Assembly: GCA_965247095.1 (NCBI GenBank)
Contig: OZ251997.1
Span: 1,536,001 to 1,600,000 of the forward strand
Length of the DNA: 64,000 nucleotides
Direction: 5' to 3'
DNA from: Candidatus Multivorans sp.
GTDB lineage: Bacteria > Acidobacteriota > Thermoanaerobaculia > Multivoradales > Multivoraceae
Position numbers and translations under genes: made by a program. Shown here one piece after another: positions 29,577-39,532 of the stretch; the stretch's first letter is position 1; the number at the start of each line of letters is the position of its first letter. Below the pieces are notes generated by a model. The model did not search any database, was not told the DNA's origin, and worked only from the letters and a program-made list of their open reading frames with translations.

Positions 29577-30680
29577 CTATTCGCCGCCGGTGCTCTCTCC
29601 GCTCAGCGCGTCCGCCTCGAGGACCCGAGCCCCGCGAAGCGTGCCGCCCATGGAGTAGTTGCCCTCGTGGCACGCGTACTCGTAGACACGATCGTCGCTC
29701 GCCTGCCACAGGTACTCGCCGGTCCAGGGTGCGGTCCACACCGTGTCGTCCTCGACGGTGAAGTTGTAGATCACGCTGCCGTCGCGCTGCACAGCGAAGC
29801 GCTCGACGACGTGCGTGTTCTCCGAGCCCCCACGGAATGCCGGTTCGGTACGGAAGTTGGTTGTATCGACGACGAGCGTGTCGCCCTCCCACCAGCCGAT
29901 CGAGTCGCCCAACCACTTCGTGACCTCGGGGCCCGGATGCTCAGAATCGATGCGCACGATACGGGCGTCATGGATCATCTCGAGGAGGATGACGACGTGC
30001 GTGTCGGTCTGGACGATCCTCTTGAAGTTGTTGTACAGACTCGGAAGGGTGGGCGCGGCGCCGGTGAAGCCGGCAAGACACCGCTCACTCACAGGGAGCG
30101 TCTCGGGCCCATCGTAGGGGCCGGGCCCGTCCTGTCCGATCCACCACGCGCTCCCATCGTTGGGGCGCAGGAAACTCGCGAAGGCGGTCATCATCTTCTT
30201 CATCGCCGCCGGAGTCATGGCCGGCATCCGGCCGTTCGGGGGATCGAGGATGATCGACGTCGGGATCTGGCCGTCGACCCTGTAGGTGTCGGTTCCCCGA
30301 TCGATCCAGAACAGGTTGTAGCCGCCCACGTTGCCGGCGCCGAACTCGTTGCCGCCGCCCGCCGTGTGCTCCAGGCCGACCACCTTGGCGCCTCCCTCAG
30401 GCGGCGCCTCACGGTCCGCGTCCGACCGCTCGACTGCGCCTTCCTGAATCGCGCGCTCCTCGTCGGCGATCGCCTGGGCTTCCTCGGGCGTCAGATAGGC
30501 CCGATCGCCAAGGTGCGCTGGCCGCTCGAGTGGGGTCAGGGTCGCGGCGTCGTAGCTCCCGTTCAGATCGGGTCTGCCGCTCGCGGTTCGCGGAATCCCG
30601 TCGTCCTGAGCGGCGAGGGCCGGGGCACAGACGAGAACGAGGACGGCTACCGACAGCAAGCTTGCGATGCGCTTCGTCAT
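29577..30680 (-). CDS. Exported hypothetical protein, 'EYACHEGNY' family
   Basis: Signal peptide, PRTASGRPDLNG, ERC, WLGDSIGWWEGDTLVV, EYACHEGNY. Confidence 0.85.
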   Translation of the reverse strand: MTKRIASLLSVAVLVLVCAPALAAQDDGIPRTASGRPDLNGSYDAATLTPLERPAHLGDRAYLTPEEAQAIADEERAIQEGAVERSDADREAPPEGGAKVVGLEHTAGGGNEFGAGNVGGYNLFWIDRGTDTYRVDGQIPTSIILDPPNGRMPAMTPAAMKKMMTAFASFLRPNDGSAWWIGQDGPGPYDGPETLPVSERCLAGFTGAAPTLPSLYNNFKRIVQTDTHVVILLEMIHDARIVRIDSEHPGPEVTKWLGDSIGWWEGDTLVVDTTNFRTEPAFRGGSENTHVVERFAVQRDGSVIYNFTVEDDTVWTAPWTGEYLWQASDDRVYEYACHEGNYSMGGTLRGARVLEADALSGESTGGE

Positions 30681-30746
30681 TCGGGACCTCCAATCGGAAC
30701 TGAATCGATCGAACTAGTCTAGCGCCACTGCGCTTCGGGGAGCCAG

Positions 30747-32039
30747 CTACTCGGCCGGACTCCTCAGGCTCTCCGCCGCGCGGAGGACACGGAGGAAGTT
30801 GCCGCCCCAGATCTTCGCGATGTCCTCCTCGCTGTAGCCGCGCTCGAGCAGGCCCGCGGTCACGCCCAAGGCCTCGCTGGCATCCGCGAAGCCTTCGACG
30901 CCGCCTCCGTGGTTGAAGTCCGTTCCGATGCCGACGTGGTCCACGCCGATACGCCCGACGACGTAGTCGAGGTGGTCGAGCATCGAGTCCACGCTGCCGG
31001 GCCCGAGGAGTTCGCTGATCGACTGCACGAAGGCCCCGCGCGCAGCGGGGTCGTCGATCTCCCAGTACAGCTCGAACGGATAGAGGTAGTCCTCCAGGAC
31101 GCCGGCGGCTCGCCGCGCCTCCCGGATCGCCTCGTCCAACGACGGATCGGCCGAGTCGAAGAGGTAGCCCCGGAACGGGCAGACATGGATCACGCCGCCG
31201 ATCTCGCCGATGCGATCGATCTCCTCGTCGCTCAGGTTGCGGCTAGCGTCGGTGAGCTGCCGTACGTTGGAATGGCTGGCGATCACCGGGGCCGTCGAGA
31301 TCTCGAGCACTCGCAAGGCCGCCGACCGGGACAACTGGGACACGTCGACCACGCCGCCCAGGGCATTGATTCGCTCGATGGCGGCGACACCGAGGCCGGA
31401 CAGCCCTCCATGCTCAACCGGTTCGTGAGTGCCCGTCGCCGCGTCGAAGACGGGTCGCGACGAGTCGGCGAAGTCGTTGTGACCCATGTGGGTGAGCGCG
31501 AACACCCGCGCACCCGCAGCGTAGAACTCGTCCAGCGCCGAGACGTCCGTGCCGAGGGTCAGCGCATTCTGGAAGCCGAGAACAAGCGCCGCCTTGCCCT
31601 GCTCGTGGGCATCGACCAACTCGTCGGCCGAACGGGCGACCACCGCGTTGTTCGCCGGGTCGGCCGCCAGCGCGAGAACGGCCGCTATCTCTTCGTCCGC
31701 CCTTGCCCGCGCCACCGCAAAGCCTTCCGGTGTTCGCGGCCCGGGGCCGACCGCGACGGACATGACGACCGCATCGACACCGCCCGCGTGGAGCTTGGCG
31801 GGGTCGACCTGCGAGAGTCCATCGTCGCCGACGTAGGGGGAAGGCGCGTCCGGAAGCTCGATGTCCGCGTGGGCGTCGAGGACCAGCACGCGCTCATGGA
31901 TGGATCGAGCGCGTTCGAGCAGCGCATCGGGCGACTGGTCCGCATCGGAGGTGCTCTCACCGGGAGGACCAGCGCACGCCGATGCCATGACGGCGACAAG
32001 CGCCAGGGTCGCCTGGGTCCAGACCGTCGTTCGGCTCAT
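30747..32039 (-). CDS. Membrane dipeptidase (M19), lipoprotein
   Basis: DAHAD, LTH, IASHS, RNLSDE, IGTDF, KIWGGNFLRV. Confidence 0.9.
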   Translation of the reverse strand: MSRTTVWTQATLALVAVMASACAGPPGESTSDADQSPDALLERARSIHERVLVLDAHADIELPDAPSPYVGDDGLSQVDPAKLHAGGVDAVVMSVAVGPGPRTPEGFAVARARADEEIAAVLALAADPANNAVVARSADELVDAHEQGKAALVLGFQNALTLGTDVSALDEFYAAGARVFALTHMGHNDFADSSRPVFDAATGTHEPVEHGGLSGLGVAAIERINALGGVVDVSQLSRSAALRVLEISTAPVIASHSNVRQLTDASRNLSDEEIDRIGEIGGVIHVCPFRGYLFDSADPSLDEAIREARRAAGVLEDYLYPFELYWEIDDPAARGAFVQSISELLGPGSVDSMLDHLDYVVGRIGVDHVGIGTDFNHGGGVEGFADASEALGVTAGLLERGYSEEDIAKIWGGNFLRVLRAAESLRSPAE

Positions 32040-32101
32040 CGCGCTACTCCCCTCTTGAAGTGAATCCGACTTCCAGGGACGGCGCGATCCACGACCGTCC
32101 G

Positions 32102-33121
32102 TCACGAGGCGACCCGCACGATCCGCGTGCCGACGTTGCCGCCTGCCAGCAGGTCGACGAAGGCCTCCGGCGCACGCTCGAGTCCTTCGAACACGTCCTG
32201 CTTAGGGACCAGCCTGCCGGCCTCGACCCACTCGCGCATCTGCGCTCTCCCCTCGTCGTAGCGGTCGGCGTAGTCGAAGACGAGGAAGCCCTCCATCCGG
32301 ATGCGGTTGTTGATCAAGAGCCCCGGGACGCCGCGCGGGCCCGGTGCCGGGCTCGACGTGTCGTACTGGGAGACGACGCCGCAGCACACGATGCGGCCAT
32401 GGGTCTTCATGCGCCGCAGGGCGCCGCCCAGGACCTCGCCGCCGGTGTTGTCGAAGTAGATGTCGATGCGGTCGGGCAACGCTTCCTTGAACTCGAGCCG
32501 GAAGTTGGGGCTCTTGTAGTCGACGGCGGCGTCGAAGCCGAGTTCTTCCGTGAGCAGGCGGCACTTCGCCTCGCCGCCGGCCACGCCGACGACCCGGCAG
32601 CCGGCGATTCCCGCCATCTGGCCGACCAGGTGGCCGACCGAGCCGGCGGCCGCCGAAACGAGGACGGTCTGCCCCTCCTTCGGCTCGCCGACATCGAACA
32701 GCCCGAAGTAGGCCGTCAGTCCGTTCGTGCCGTAGACGCCGAGGTGATGCGCCGGATCGTCGTCATCGCCGTCGCCGCCGTCATCGACGACGCGCACCTT
32801 CGCCGCGGCATGGACCGAGTAGTCCTGCCAGCCGGCGGGACAGACCACGAGCGCGCCCACCGGCACGGCGTCGTCGTTCGACGCCTCGACCCGGGCCACC
32901 GCGCTGCCGCCCATGACGATTCCGGCGCGCGGCGCCCCCGCGTAGCTTGCGCTGCCCTGGAGACCCGCCCGCTGGCCGGCGCCGATCGTGACCGCGAGGG
33001 TGCGGCACAGCACTTCGCCGTCGCCCGGCGCCGGCGCCTCCACGGACCGCAGTGCGTAGTTGCCGGGCTCTAGCTTGCCCGCGGGCAACGAGTCGATGAT
33101 GATCTGGCGGTTCTCGGTCAT
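32102..33121 (-). CDS. NADP-dependent oxidoreductase (CurA/prostaglandin reductase-like)
   Basis: GLTAYFGL, VSAAAGSVG, YFDNTGG, CGVVSQYD. Confidence 0.92.
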   Translation of the reverse strand: MTENRQIIIDSLPAGKLEPGNYALRSVEAPAPGDGEVLCRTLAVTIGAGQRAGLQGSASYAGAPRAGIVMGGSAVARVEASNDDAVPVGALVVCPAGWQDYSVHAAAKVRVVDDGGDGDDDDPAHHLGVYGTNGLTAYFGLFDVGEPKEGQTVLVSAAAGSVGHLVGQMAGIAGCRVVGVAGGEAKCRLLTEELGFDAAVDYKSPNFRLEFKEALPDRIDIYFDNTGGEVLGGALRRMKTHGRIVCCGVVSQYDTSSPAPGPRGVPGLLINNRIRMEGFLVFDYADRYDEGRAQMREWVEAGRLVPKQDVFEGLERAPEAFVDLLAGGNVGTRIVRVAS

Positions 33122-33173
33122 GGTCGGCTCCGGGTTCGCTCCACGTCACCGGCGTGGCGCCGGTCGCGGCACC

Positions 33174-33773
33174 CTATCCTCCGGAGTCTGCGTCCAGCCG
33201 CCGTTCGATCCGCAGCAGCGTGTCCCTGATCTCGGCGAGGACCTTCCCCGATTCCGCCGCCGCTTCGCCCGCCGCCGCGCCGGCAGGTGACGTGGACGAC
33301 GATGCCCCGCCCGATCCCGCGACTCGTTCACGCTGCGCCAGGACGGCCGCGCGGAACTCCTCGGTTCCCTCGATGCCGACCAGCTTGATCAGGCTGCCGG
33401 GGCCGGACTGGCCGGCCGTCTCCACCGAGAGCCCGCGCAGGCCGAGGCGCCGCATGATCGGGCCGTGGGACATCGCCAGGTCCGTGATCTTGTCCAGCGG
33501 AACCGTCTTCTCCTGCCGGATCAGGACGCCCCGCGCGACGTGGAGGTTCTTCTCGGTCAGCACACAGCGGAGGCGCGCCAGGTAGCGGCCGGTGAGGACG
33601 TAGCCGATGGGAAACCAGAAGATGAGGAGCGGGATCCCGACGATGGTGCTCGTCAAGATCAGCGCGCCCGACAGCAACCAGTAGGTGCGCACCTTCGGGT
33701 TGAAGGTGGCTTGGAGCAGGACCTGCTCGCCGCGGGTGTGCAGTTCCGGATCGGCTACAACGACATCCGTCAT
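33174..33773 (-). CDS. Bacterial PH-domain (bPH_2-like) membrane protein
   Basis: Two TMs then VARGVLIRQEKTVPLDKITD..GPIMRRLGL..VETAG; ATG 33773 with GGAG RBS. Confidence 0.82.
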   Translation of the reverse strand: MTDVVVADPELHTRGEQVLLQATFNPKVRTYWLLSGALILTSTIVGIPLLIFWFPIGYVLTGRYLARLRCVLTEKNLHVARGVLIRQEKTVPLDKITDLAMSHGPIMRRLGLRGLSVETAGQSGPGSLIKLVGIEGTEEFRAAVLAQRERVAGSGGASSSTSPAGAAAGEAAAESGKVLAEIRDTLLRIERRLDADSGG

Positions 33774-33985
33774 TTCGACTCCTCTGTGATGGCGACTCGT
33801 AGGATTGGGACGAAGACGACCCGGACAACATAGCTCATGAAGAACGTAGCGCCGCTCGTGGCCACGATCGTCGTGCTCGCAGCGGGCAGACTCTCGGCCA
33901 GACGTCCGACGATCTCCCACCAGTAGCCACGAACCGTGCCGGCACCTGCGCCGGTGGAGTGCGACTACACCTTCGCGCTCAGAGC

Positions 33986-34014
33986 TTGCCAACGGGTATA
34001 ACCAGGGTCATACT
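33986..34014 (+). promoter_or_regulatory. Probable leaderless promoter with operator palindrome for mazEF-like TA
   Basis: TTGCCA-17-CATACT, 6 nt before ATG; overlapping imperfect inverted repeat GTATAACC..GGTCATAC. Confidence 0.65.
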
Positions 34015-34020
34015 CAGGGC

Positions 34021-34269
34021 ATGAAGACGGCAATCTCCATTCGCGACGATGTGTTCGAGTCTGCTGAGCGCGTGGCGCGGAGGCTGGGGGTCTCGAGGAG
34101 CGAGCTCTATACCCGGGCCGTGCGGGAGTACCTGTCGCGACTCCCAGGGGAGCAGGTGACCGAGCGCCTCAATGCCGTGTACGAGGGGGCGGACGAATCA
34201 GCTTCCCCGCTAGATGACACTCTCGCCGCCCTCCAGCTTCGTTCGCTAGGCGACGAGGACTGGCGGTGA
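34021..34269 (+). CDS. RHH/ChpI-like antitoxin
   Basis: MKTAISI..LGVSRSELY; overlaps toxin start. Confidence 0.87.
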   Translation: MKTAISIRDDVFESAERVARRLGVSRSELYTRAVREYLSRLPGEQVTERLNAVYEGADESASPLDDTLAALQLRSLGDEDWR

Positions 34270-34616
34270 GGCGGGGCGAGATCTGGTGGGCCAACCTGCC
34301 AGTTCCCGGTGGATCTGAACCCGGCTACCGCAGACCCGTTCTGGTCGTTCAGTCCGACGATTTCAATCGCAGTCGGATTCAGACCGTCGTCGTGTTGGCA
34401 ATCACCTCGAACCTCAAGCTGGCGGAGGCGCCGGGCAACGTGCCCTTGTCGCCGGCTGGGACAGGCCTTTCGCGCCGATCGGTGGCGAACGTGTCGCAGA
34501 TCATCACGCTGGACAAGCGATTCCTCACCGAGAGGGCAGGCCGGGCGTCTGCTGCAGTTCTGCGGCGTGTGGAGAATGGACTGCGTCTTGTTCTCTCGCT
34601 TCAGAGCCTCACGTAG
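34266..34616 (+). CDS. mazF: MazF/PemK toxin
   Basis: RGEIWWANL..GSEPGYRRPVLVVQSDDFN..SQIITLDK. Confidence 0.93.
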   Translation: MRRGEIWWANLPVPGGSEPGYRRPVLVVQSDDFNRSRIQTVVVLAITSNLKLAEAPGNVPLSPAGTGLSRRSVANVSQIITLDKRFLTERAGRASAAVLRRVENGLRLVLSLQSLT

Positions 34617-34690
34617 GCCGGTACCGAACAGCGCCTAGAAGGTCACGGCTACATACAGCGACGCGTTTGGGGGCCGTCAGGCGCTCGCGC

Positions 34691-34917
34691 CTACCGCCGG
34701 TGGGCGATGAACTCGTGGATGGTCAAGCCGACGTCGCGGGCGATACGGCGGAGCAGCACCGGCGAGAGGTCGCGGCCCTGGTGGACCGGAACTGTCGTGG
34801 TGCGACCATCCGGATGGCGAAACCGTTGTGCGAACCCCGCTGGCGGACCTCCTCAAAGCCAAGTGCGACGAGGATGCCGACGGTCTCGCGCGGCTTCAGT
34901 ACGGGAATCGATGACAC
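34691..34917 (-). pseudogene. hicA: HicA toxin with 1-nt frameshift
   Basis: GFEEVRQRGSH then frameshift near 34826; restoring one base gives RFRHPDGRTTTVPVHQGRDLSPVLLRRIARD. Confidence 0.85.
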
Positions 34918-34924
34918 GCCACCC

Positions 34925-35161
34925 TTAGGCGACCACGACGATCTGGGTGCCAACGAACTCGCCCGTGACAGGAGGCGGTCCGTCCTCGAGGATCAGACTG
35001 ACGACCTCACGGAGATTCGCGTTGAGTTCTTCTAGTGTCTCGGCCTGACTGTGGGCGCCGGACAGACCCGGCACATAGCCAACGTAGAAGCCGGTGTCGG
35101 GACAGCGCTTTACGACGGCAGTGTAGGCGGAACCTCGGCTGGCGAGTCGGCGTTGCGTCAT
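34925..35161 (-). CDS. hicB: Short HicB antitoxin
   Basis: YVGYVPGLSGAHSQAETLEELNANLREVV. Confidence 0.88.
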   Translation of the reverse strand: MTQRRLASRGSAYTAVVKRCPDTGFYVGYVPGLSGAHSQAETLEELNANLREVVSLILEDGPPPVTGEFVGTQIVVVA

Positions 35162-35328
35162 GGACCTGATGGTACATCCCGGACGCGGATTCCCATGGCC
35201 GAACAGCGCCTACCGCCCGCACCAGTGGTACGCTCCTGCAGACCAGTTCTGCAGAGATCGAACTGCCGCCTTTTGAGTGCGCCCCCGACGAGGAGCAACG
35301 ACCGACCGAGAACCGCAGGAGACCGCTG

Positions 35329-36213
35329 ATGTGCAGATCGTCTTGGCGACGCCTCGCCACCGGGGTCGCGCTGGTTGTGCTCCTGCCTGGTCTTGGTGTG
35401 GCTCAGAGGGGAAGAGGCAGCGGGCCCGTAGAGTTGCCCGAGCCGCCCGCGGGCTGGAGCGTAGCCCGCACCGTGGACGGCCACCCCGATCTGCGGGGGG
35501 TGTGGGTGGAGATCGGCGGCACCCGCGGCGGCGCCAGACTGTCTGAACTGGTCATCGACCCGCCGGACGGCGGGATTCCGGCTCTCACCGAGAAGGCGCA
35601 GAAGGACTGGGATGCACTCCAGCAATACCTGGAGGAGCATCCGGCCGACACCTGGAAGGATCGCTCCCTGGGCGAACGCTGTGTGACCCTGGGGGCGCCC
35701 GTCCGGGCAAACTTCAACCAGTTCTACAAGATCGTCCAGAACAAGGACCATGTGGTCATCCTCATGGAGTGGATTCACGAGGCGCGTGTCATCCCCCTCG
35801 ATGGTTGGCCCCACCCCGATCGTCGGATCGAGCTATGGCTCGGCGACTCGCGCGGCCGCTGGGAAGGCGACTCGCTAGTCGTCGAGACCACGAACTACTT
35901 GCGCAAGGGGTACGCCGGCAACCACCAGCGAGGGACCCCGCAGTCCTGGTTTCACTCCCTTAATTCGGAAGAGCTGGTGGTAACCGAGCGCTTCACGCGG
36001 GTCGGCCCTGAATCGATGCACTACGAGGTGACGATCGACGATCCGCCGATCTGGGTCAGGCCGTGGACGGTGAGGATGCCGATGGGGAAGCGCAACGAGC
36101 CGCTCTTCGAGTTCGCCTGCCACGAGGGCAACTACAACATGGAGAACATCCTGCGCGCCGCTCGTGTCGGCGAGCAGGAGGCCGCTGCAGCCGCGGAAAC
36201 CGACCCCGAATGA
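35329..36213 (+). CDS. Exported hypothetical protein, 'EFACHEGNY' family
   Basis: RTVDGHPDLRGVW, ERC, WLGDSRGRWEGDSLVV, EFACHEGNY. Confidence 0.85.
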   Translation: MCRSSWRRLATGVALVVLLPGLGVAQRGRGSGPVELPEPPAGWSVARTVDGHPDLRGVWVEIGGTRGGARLSELVIDPPDGGIPALTEKAQKDWDALQQYLEEHPADTWKDRSLGERCVTLGAPVRANFNQFYKIVQNKDHVVILMEWIHEARVIPLDGWPHPDRRIELWLGDSRGRWEGDSLVVETTNYLRKGYAGNHQRGTPQSWFHSLNSEELVVTERFTRVGPESMHYEVTIDDPPIWVRPWTVRMPMGKRNEPLFEFACHEGNYNMENILRAARVGEQEAAAAAETDPE

Positions 36214-37052
36214 GAGGCGAGAAAGTGCGGAACCGAAGGCGGGGAGGAAGACTCGTTGCCACCGTCGCGACCTTGGTTGTGGTGACCGCGGCGGCGGTCC
36301 ATGCGCAGGACTACCGAGCCCCGCGCACGAGCGATGGCGAGCCGGACTTAGGCGGTATCTGGCAGGCGTTGAGCTCGGCGCACTGGGACATCGAGGGCCA
36401 CGCCGCCCGCATGGGTCCGATCGTCGAGCTGGGAGCGCTCGGCGCCATCCCGGGGGGCCTGGGCATCGTCGAGGGCGGCGAGATCCCCTACACCCCGGCG
36501 GCGAGAGCGAAGCAGCAGGAGAACCTCGCGCAGTGGTGGAAGCTGGACCCGGCGATCAAGTGCTTCATGCCCGGCATCCCCCGCGCCAACTACATGCCCT
36601 TCCCGTTCCAGATCGTGCAGACCCCCGAGAACGTCATCTTCGCCTACGAGTTCGCCAGCGCCAGCCGTATCGTCTACATGAACCGACCCGATTTCGAGAG
36701 CCCCGGCGACAACTGGATGGGGCACTCCCGCGGTCACTGGGAGGGAGAGACCCTGGTGATCGATGTCTCCGCCCAGGTAGGCGACACCTGGCTGGACAGT
36801 TCCGGCAACCACCACAGCGAGGAGATCCACGTCCTGGAGCGCTACACCGCGACCGGGCCGGACCATCTCCTCTACGAGGCGACGATCACTGATCCCAAGA
36901 CCTACACCCGCCCGTGGAAGGTGAGCTTTCCGCTCTATCGACGCATCGACGAGAACATGCAGCTCCTCGACTTCAAGTGCGTGGTGTTCGCGGAAGAGCT
37001 GATGTACAGCCACTTGAGCAAGGGCGTCTGGAAAGGCGGAGATAGCGAATGA
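36210..37052 (+). CDS. Exported hypothetical protein, divergent member of same family
   Basis: ATG 36210; PRTSDGEPDLGGIW, KCFMPG, WMGHSRGHWEGETLVID, LLDFKC. Confidence 0.83.
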   Translation: MRGEKVRNRRRGGRLVATVATLVVVTAAAVHAQDYRAPRTSDGEPDLGGIWQALSSAHWDIEGHAARMGPIVELGALGAIPGGLGIVEGGEIPYTPAARAKQQENLAQWWKLDPAIKCFMPGIPRANYMPFPFQIVQTPENVIFAYEFASASRIVYMNRPDFESPGDNWMGHSRGHWEGETLVIDVSAQVGDTWLDSSGNHHSEEIHVLERYTATGPDHLLYEATITDPKTYTRPWKVSFPLYRRIDENMQLLDFKCVVFAEELMYSHLSKGVWKGGDSE

Positions 37053-37507
37053 CGGAGAAGGTAGTCAACACAATGCACACCAAAGCCCTCATTGCCGCAA
37101 CCGCTCTCATCCTCGCCGTGGGCGCCGTGCCGGCGATGGGGCACCATGCCTTCGCGGCCGAGTTCGATGCCGACAGCCCGGTCAAGCTCACCGGGAAGGT
37201 GACCAGGATGGAGTGGATCAATCCGCATGCGTGGATTCACATCGAGGTCACGAAAGAAGACGGCTCGATAGAGACCTGGATGGTCGAGAGCGGCAGCCCC
37301 CCCTCCCTGTTTCGTCGCGGCTTCACCAAGAACTCGCTGCTGCCGGGAACCGAGATCGTCGTCGAGGGTTTCCAAGCCAAGGATCGCTCGAACAAGTGCG
37401 CGGGACGCACCGTGACCTACGCCAGCGGGGAGAGGCTGTTCCTGGGATCTTCCGGTACCGGCGCGCCGAGGGACTCAGCCGACCCGACGGAGCCACCGAA
37501 CCGGTGA
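37049..37507 (+). CDS. DUF6152-like exported protein
   Basis: Signal peptide then HHAFAAEFD..LTGKVT..WINPH. Confidence 0.8.
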   Translation: MTEKVVNTMHTKALIAATALILAVGAVPAMGHHAFAAEFDADSPVKLTGKVTRMEWINPHAWIHIEVTKEDGSIETWMVESGSPPSLFRRGFTKNSLLPGTEIVVEGFQAKDRSNKCAGRTVTYASGERLFLGSSGTGAPRDSADPTEPPNR

Positions 37508-39498
37508 GGGCTGCATACGCCATGCTGGCGGCTCTGGCAGCCGCATCGTCTGGCCCCGCTGCCCTCGGCGAATCCGGCGCCCAGGACGTCGAGTGGCCTC
37601 ACCATGGCCGCGACCACGCCTTCAGCCGCTACTCGCCGCTCGAGGACATCGACGCGGAGAACTTCTCGCAGCTAGAGGTGGCCTGGCGCTGGAAATCCGC
37701 CGACCACCGCGTAAGGGACGAGCCGGGCGCCTTCACCGGCTCGGCGCTCATGATCGGCGGCCGCGTCTACATGATGACCACGCTGTGGCAACTCGCGGCA
37801 CTCGACGCCGCAACCGGCGAAGAGCTCTGGGTGTTCGACTCCAAGGCGCACGAGGCGCCCAGGGCCGCCTACTCGAATCCACGTGGAATCGAATACTGGA
37901 CCGACGGCGAGCAGGAGCGCATTCTCTTCGCCACCTCCGGCAAGCTGCTGATCTCGATCGATCTCGAGACCGGGCGACCCGATCCCGACTTCGGCGAGGA
38001 AGGCTTCGTCTACATGTCGCTCGACGACCTCGGACGCCCCGGGATCCGGTTGCGCGACATCAGCGCCGGCTCGCCCGGAATAGTGGTCGGCGACACCTAC
38101 GTCATCGGCTCGAGGATCTTCGACGTGCCGTTCCGAAAGAAGGGCATCCCGCCGGGCCACGTGCGCGCCTACGACGTCCGCACCGGCGAGCAGAAGTGGC
38201 GCTTCCACACGATCCCCCAGGAGGGCGAGGACTTCACCGAGACCTGGGGCAACGACTCCTGGAAGTGGATGGGCAACACAAACGTGTGGGCGCCGCTCGC
38301 CGCCGACGAAGAGCTCGGCTACGTCTACTTCGCCACTTCGACACCGTCGAGCGACTACTACGCCGGCGACCGGCACGGCGACAACGTGTACGGCGAGAGC
38401 CTGGTATGCGTCGACGCGGAGACCGGTGAGCGCGTCTGGCACTTCCAGGCCGTGCATCACGGCATCTGGGACTACGACAATGCCTCGGCCCCGAACCTGC
38501 TCGATGTGGTCGTGGAAGGCCGGCTGCGCAAAGCCGTGGCCATGGCGGCGAAGACCGCCTTCCTCTACGTCTTCGATCGGGTCACCGGCGAGCCCCTGTG
38601 GCCGATCGAGGAGCGGCCGGTCGCCCAGTCCACGGTGCCCGGCGAGAAGCTCTCTCCGACCCAGCCGTTTCCGACCAAGCCGCCAGCGTTCGATCTACAG
38701 GGCTTGACCGTCGACGATCTGGTGGACTTCACTCCGGAGATGCGTCAGGAGGCGCTCGAGGTCCTCGAGTCGTATGTCATAGGGCCGATCTTCACGCCCA
38801 CCATCGTCGTCGGCGAAGGAGGAAAGCTCGGCACCATCGTTTCGCCCGGCGCCGGCGGCGGGGCCAATCATCCGGGCGCGTCGGTCGATCCAGCGACCGG
38901 TGTCGTGTACGTCCAATCGACGACCCAGATCGGCTCGTGGGGGCTGGAGAAGCCGGATCCCGAGCGCAGCGAGTTTCGCTACGTGAAGAAGTCGACGGGA
39001 GGCGGGGGAGGGCTCAAGATCTCGAACGGGTTGCCGCTGATAAAGCCCCCCTACCGGCGCATCACGGCGATCGATCTGAAGACGGGCGAGCACGCCTGGC
39101 AGGCGCCGCTGGGAGAAGGCCCGACCGATCACCCCGCAATACGCCATCTCGATCTCGGGCCCCTGGGCAGCCGCCCTTCGAGCGGCACCCGCGAGGGCGG
39201 GCTTCTGGTCACCAGGACGCTCCTCATCACCCACTCGCCCAAACGAGAGAGCTGGGACTCCCCGACGGCGACAGCCAGCTACCTGACCGCCTACGACAAG
39301 GCCACCGGCAAGGTGCTGGCGCAGGTGGAGACCGACACCGCGTTGCACGGAGTGCCGATCACCTACCGCTACCAGGGTCGCCAGTACATCGTGGTCCCGG
39401 CAGGCGGCAAGCCCGGCGGCAGGGCCGTGGGCAGAGACGCGAAAACCCAAGCGGCGACGGCCGAGCTGGTGGCTTTCGCTCTACCGCAAAGGCAATGA
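37504..39498 (+). CDS. PQQ-dependent quinoprotein dehydrogenase (glucose-DH-like), copy 1
   Basis: RYSPL..LEVAW, PGHVRAYDVRTG, WHFQAVHHGIWDYD, SPTQPFP, GRQYIVV; GTG 37504. Confidence 0.9.
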   Translation: MRAAYAMLAALAAASSGPAALGESGAQDVEWPHHGRDHAFSRYSPLEDIDAENFSQLEVAWRWKSADHRVRDEPGAFTGSALMIGGRVYMMTTLWQLAALDAATGEELWVFDSKAHEAPRAAYSNPRGIEYWTDGEQERILFATSGKLLISIDLETGRPDPDFGEEGFVYMSLDDLGRPGIRLRDISAGSPGIVVGDTYVIGSRIFDVPFRKKGIPPGHVRAYDVRTGEQKWRFHTIPQEGEDFTETWGNDSWKWMGNTNVWAPLAADEELGYVYFATSTPSSDYYAGDRHGDNVYGESLVCVDAETGERVWHFQAVHHGIWDYDNASAPNLLDVVVEGRLRKAVAMAAKTAFLYVFDRVTGEPLWPIEERPVAQSTVPGEKLSPTQPFPTKPPAFDLQGLTVDDLVDFTPEMRQEALEVLESYVIGPIFTPTIVVGEGGKLGTIVSPGAGGGANHPGASVDPATGVVYVQSTTQIGSWGLEKPDPERSEFRYVKKSTGGGGGLKISNGLPLIKPPYRRITAIDLKTGEHAWQAPLGEGPTDHPAIRHLDLGPLGSRPSSGTREGGLLVTRTLLITHSPKRESWDSPTATASYLTAYDKATGKVLAQVETDTALHGVPITYRYQGRQYIVVPAGGKPGGRAVGRDAKTQAATAELVAFALPQRQ

Positions 39499-39532
39499 CG
39501 ACTTCCCTCGACGGGATGAGGAGGGCGACGCG

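Noticed and set aside
33837-33926. Short signal-peptide-like ORF MKNVAPLVATIVVLAAG
   Set aside because: Only 29 codons with no further support; possibly a gene scar
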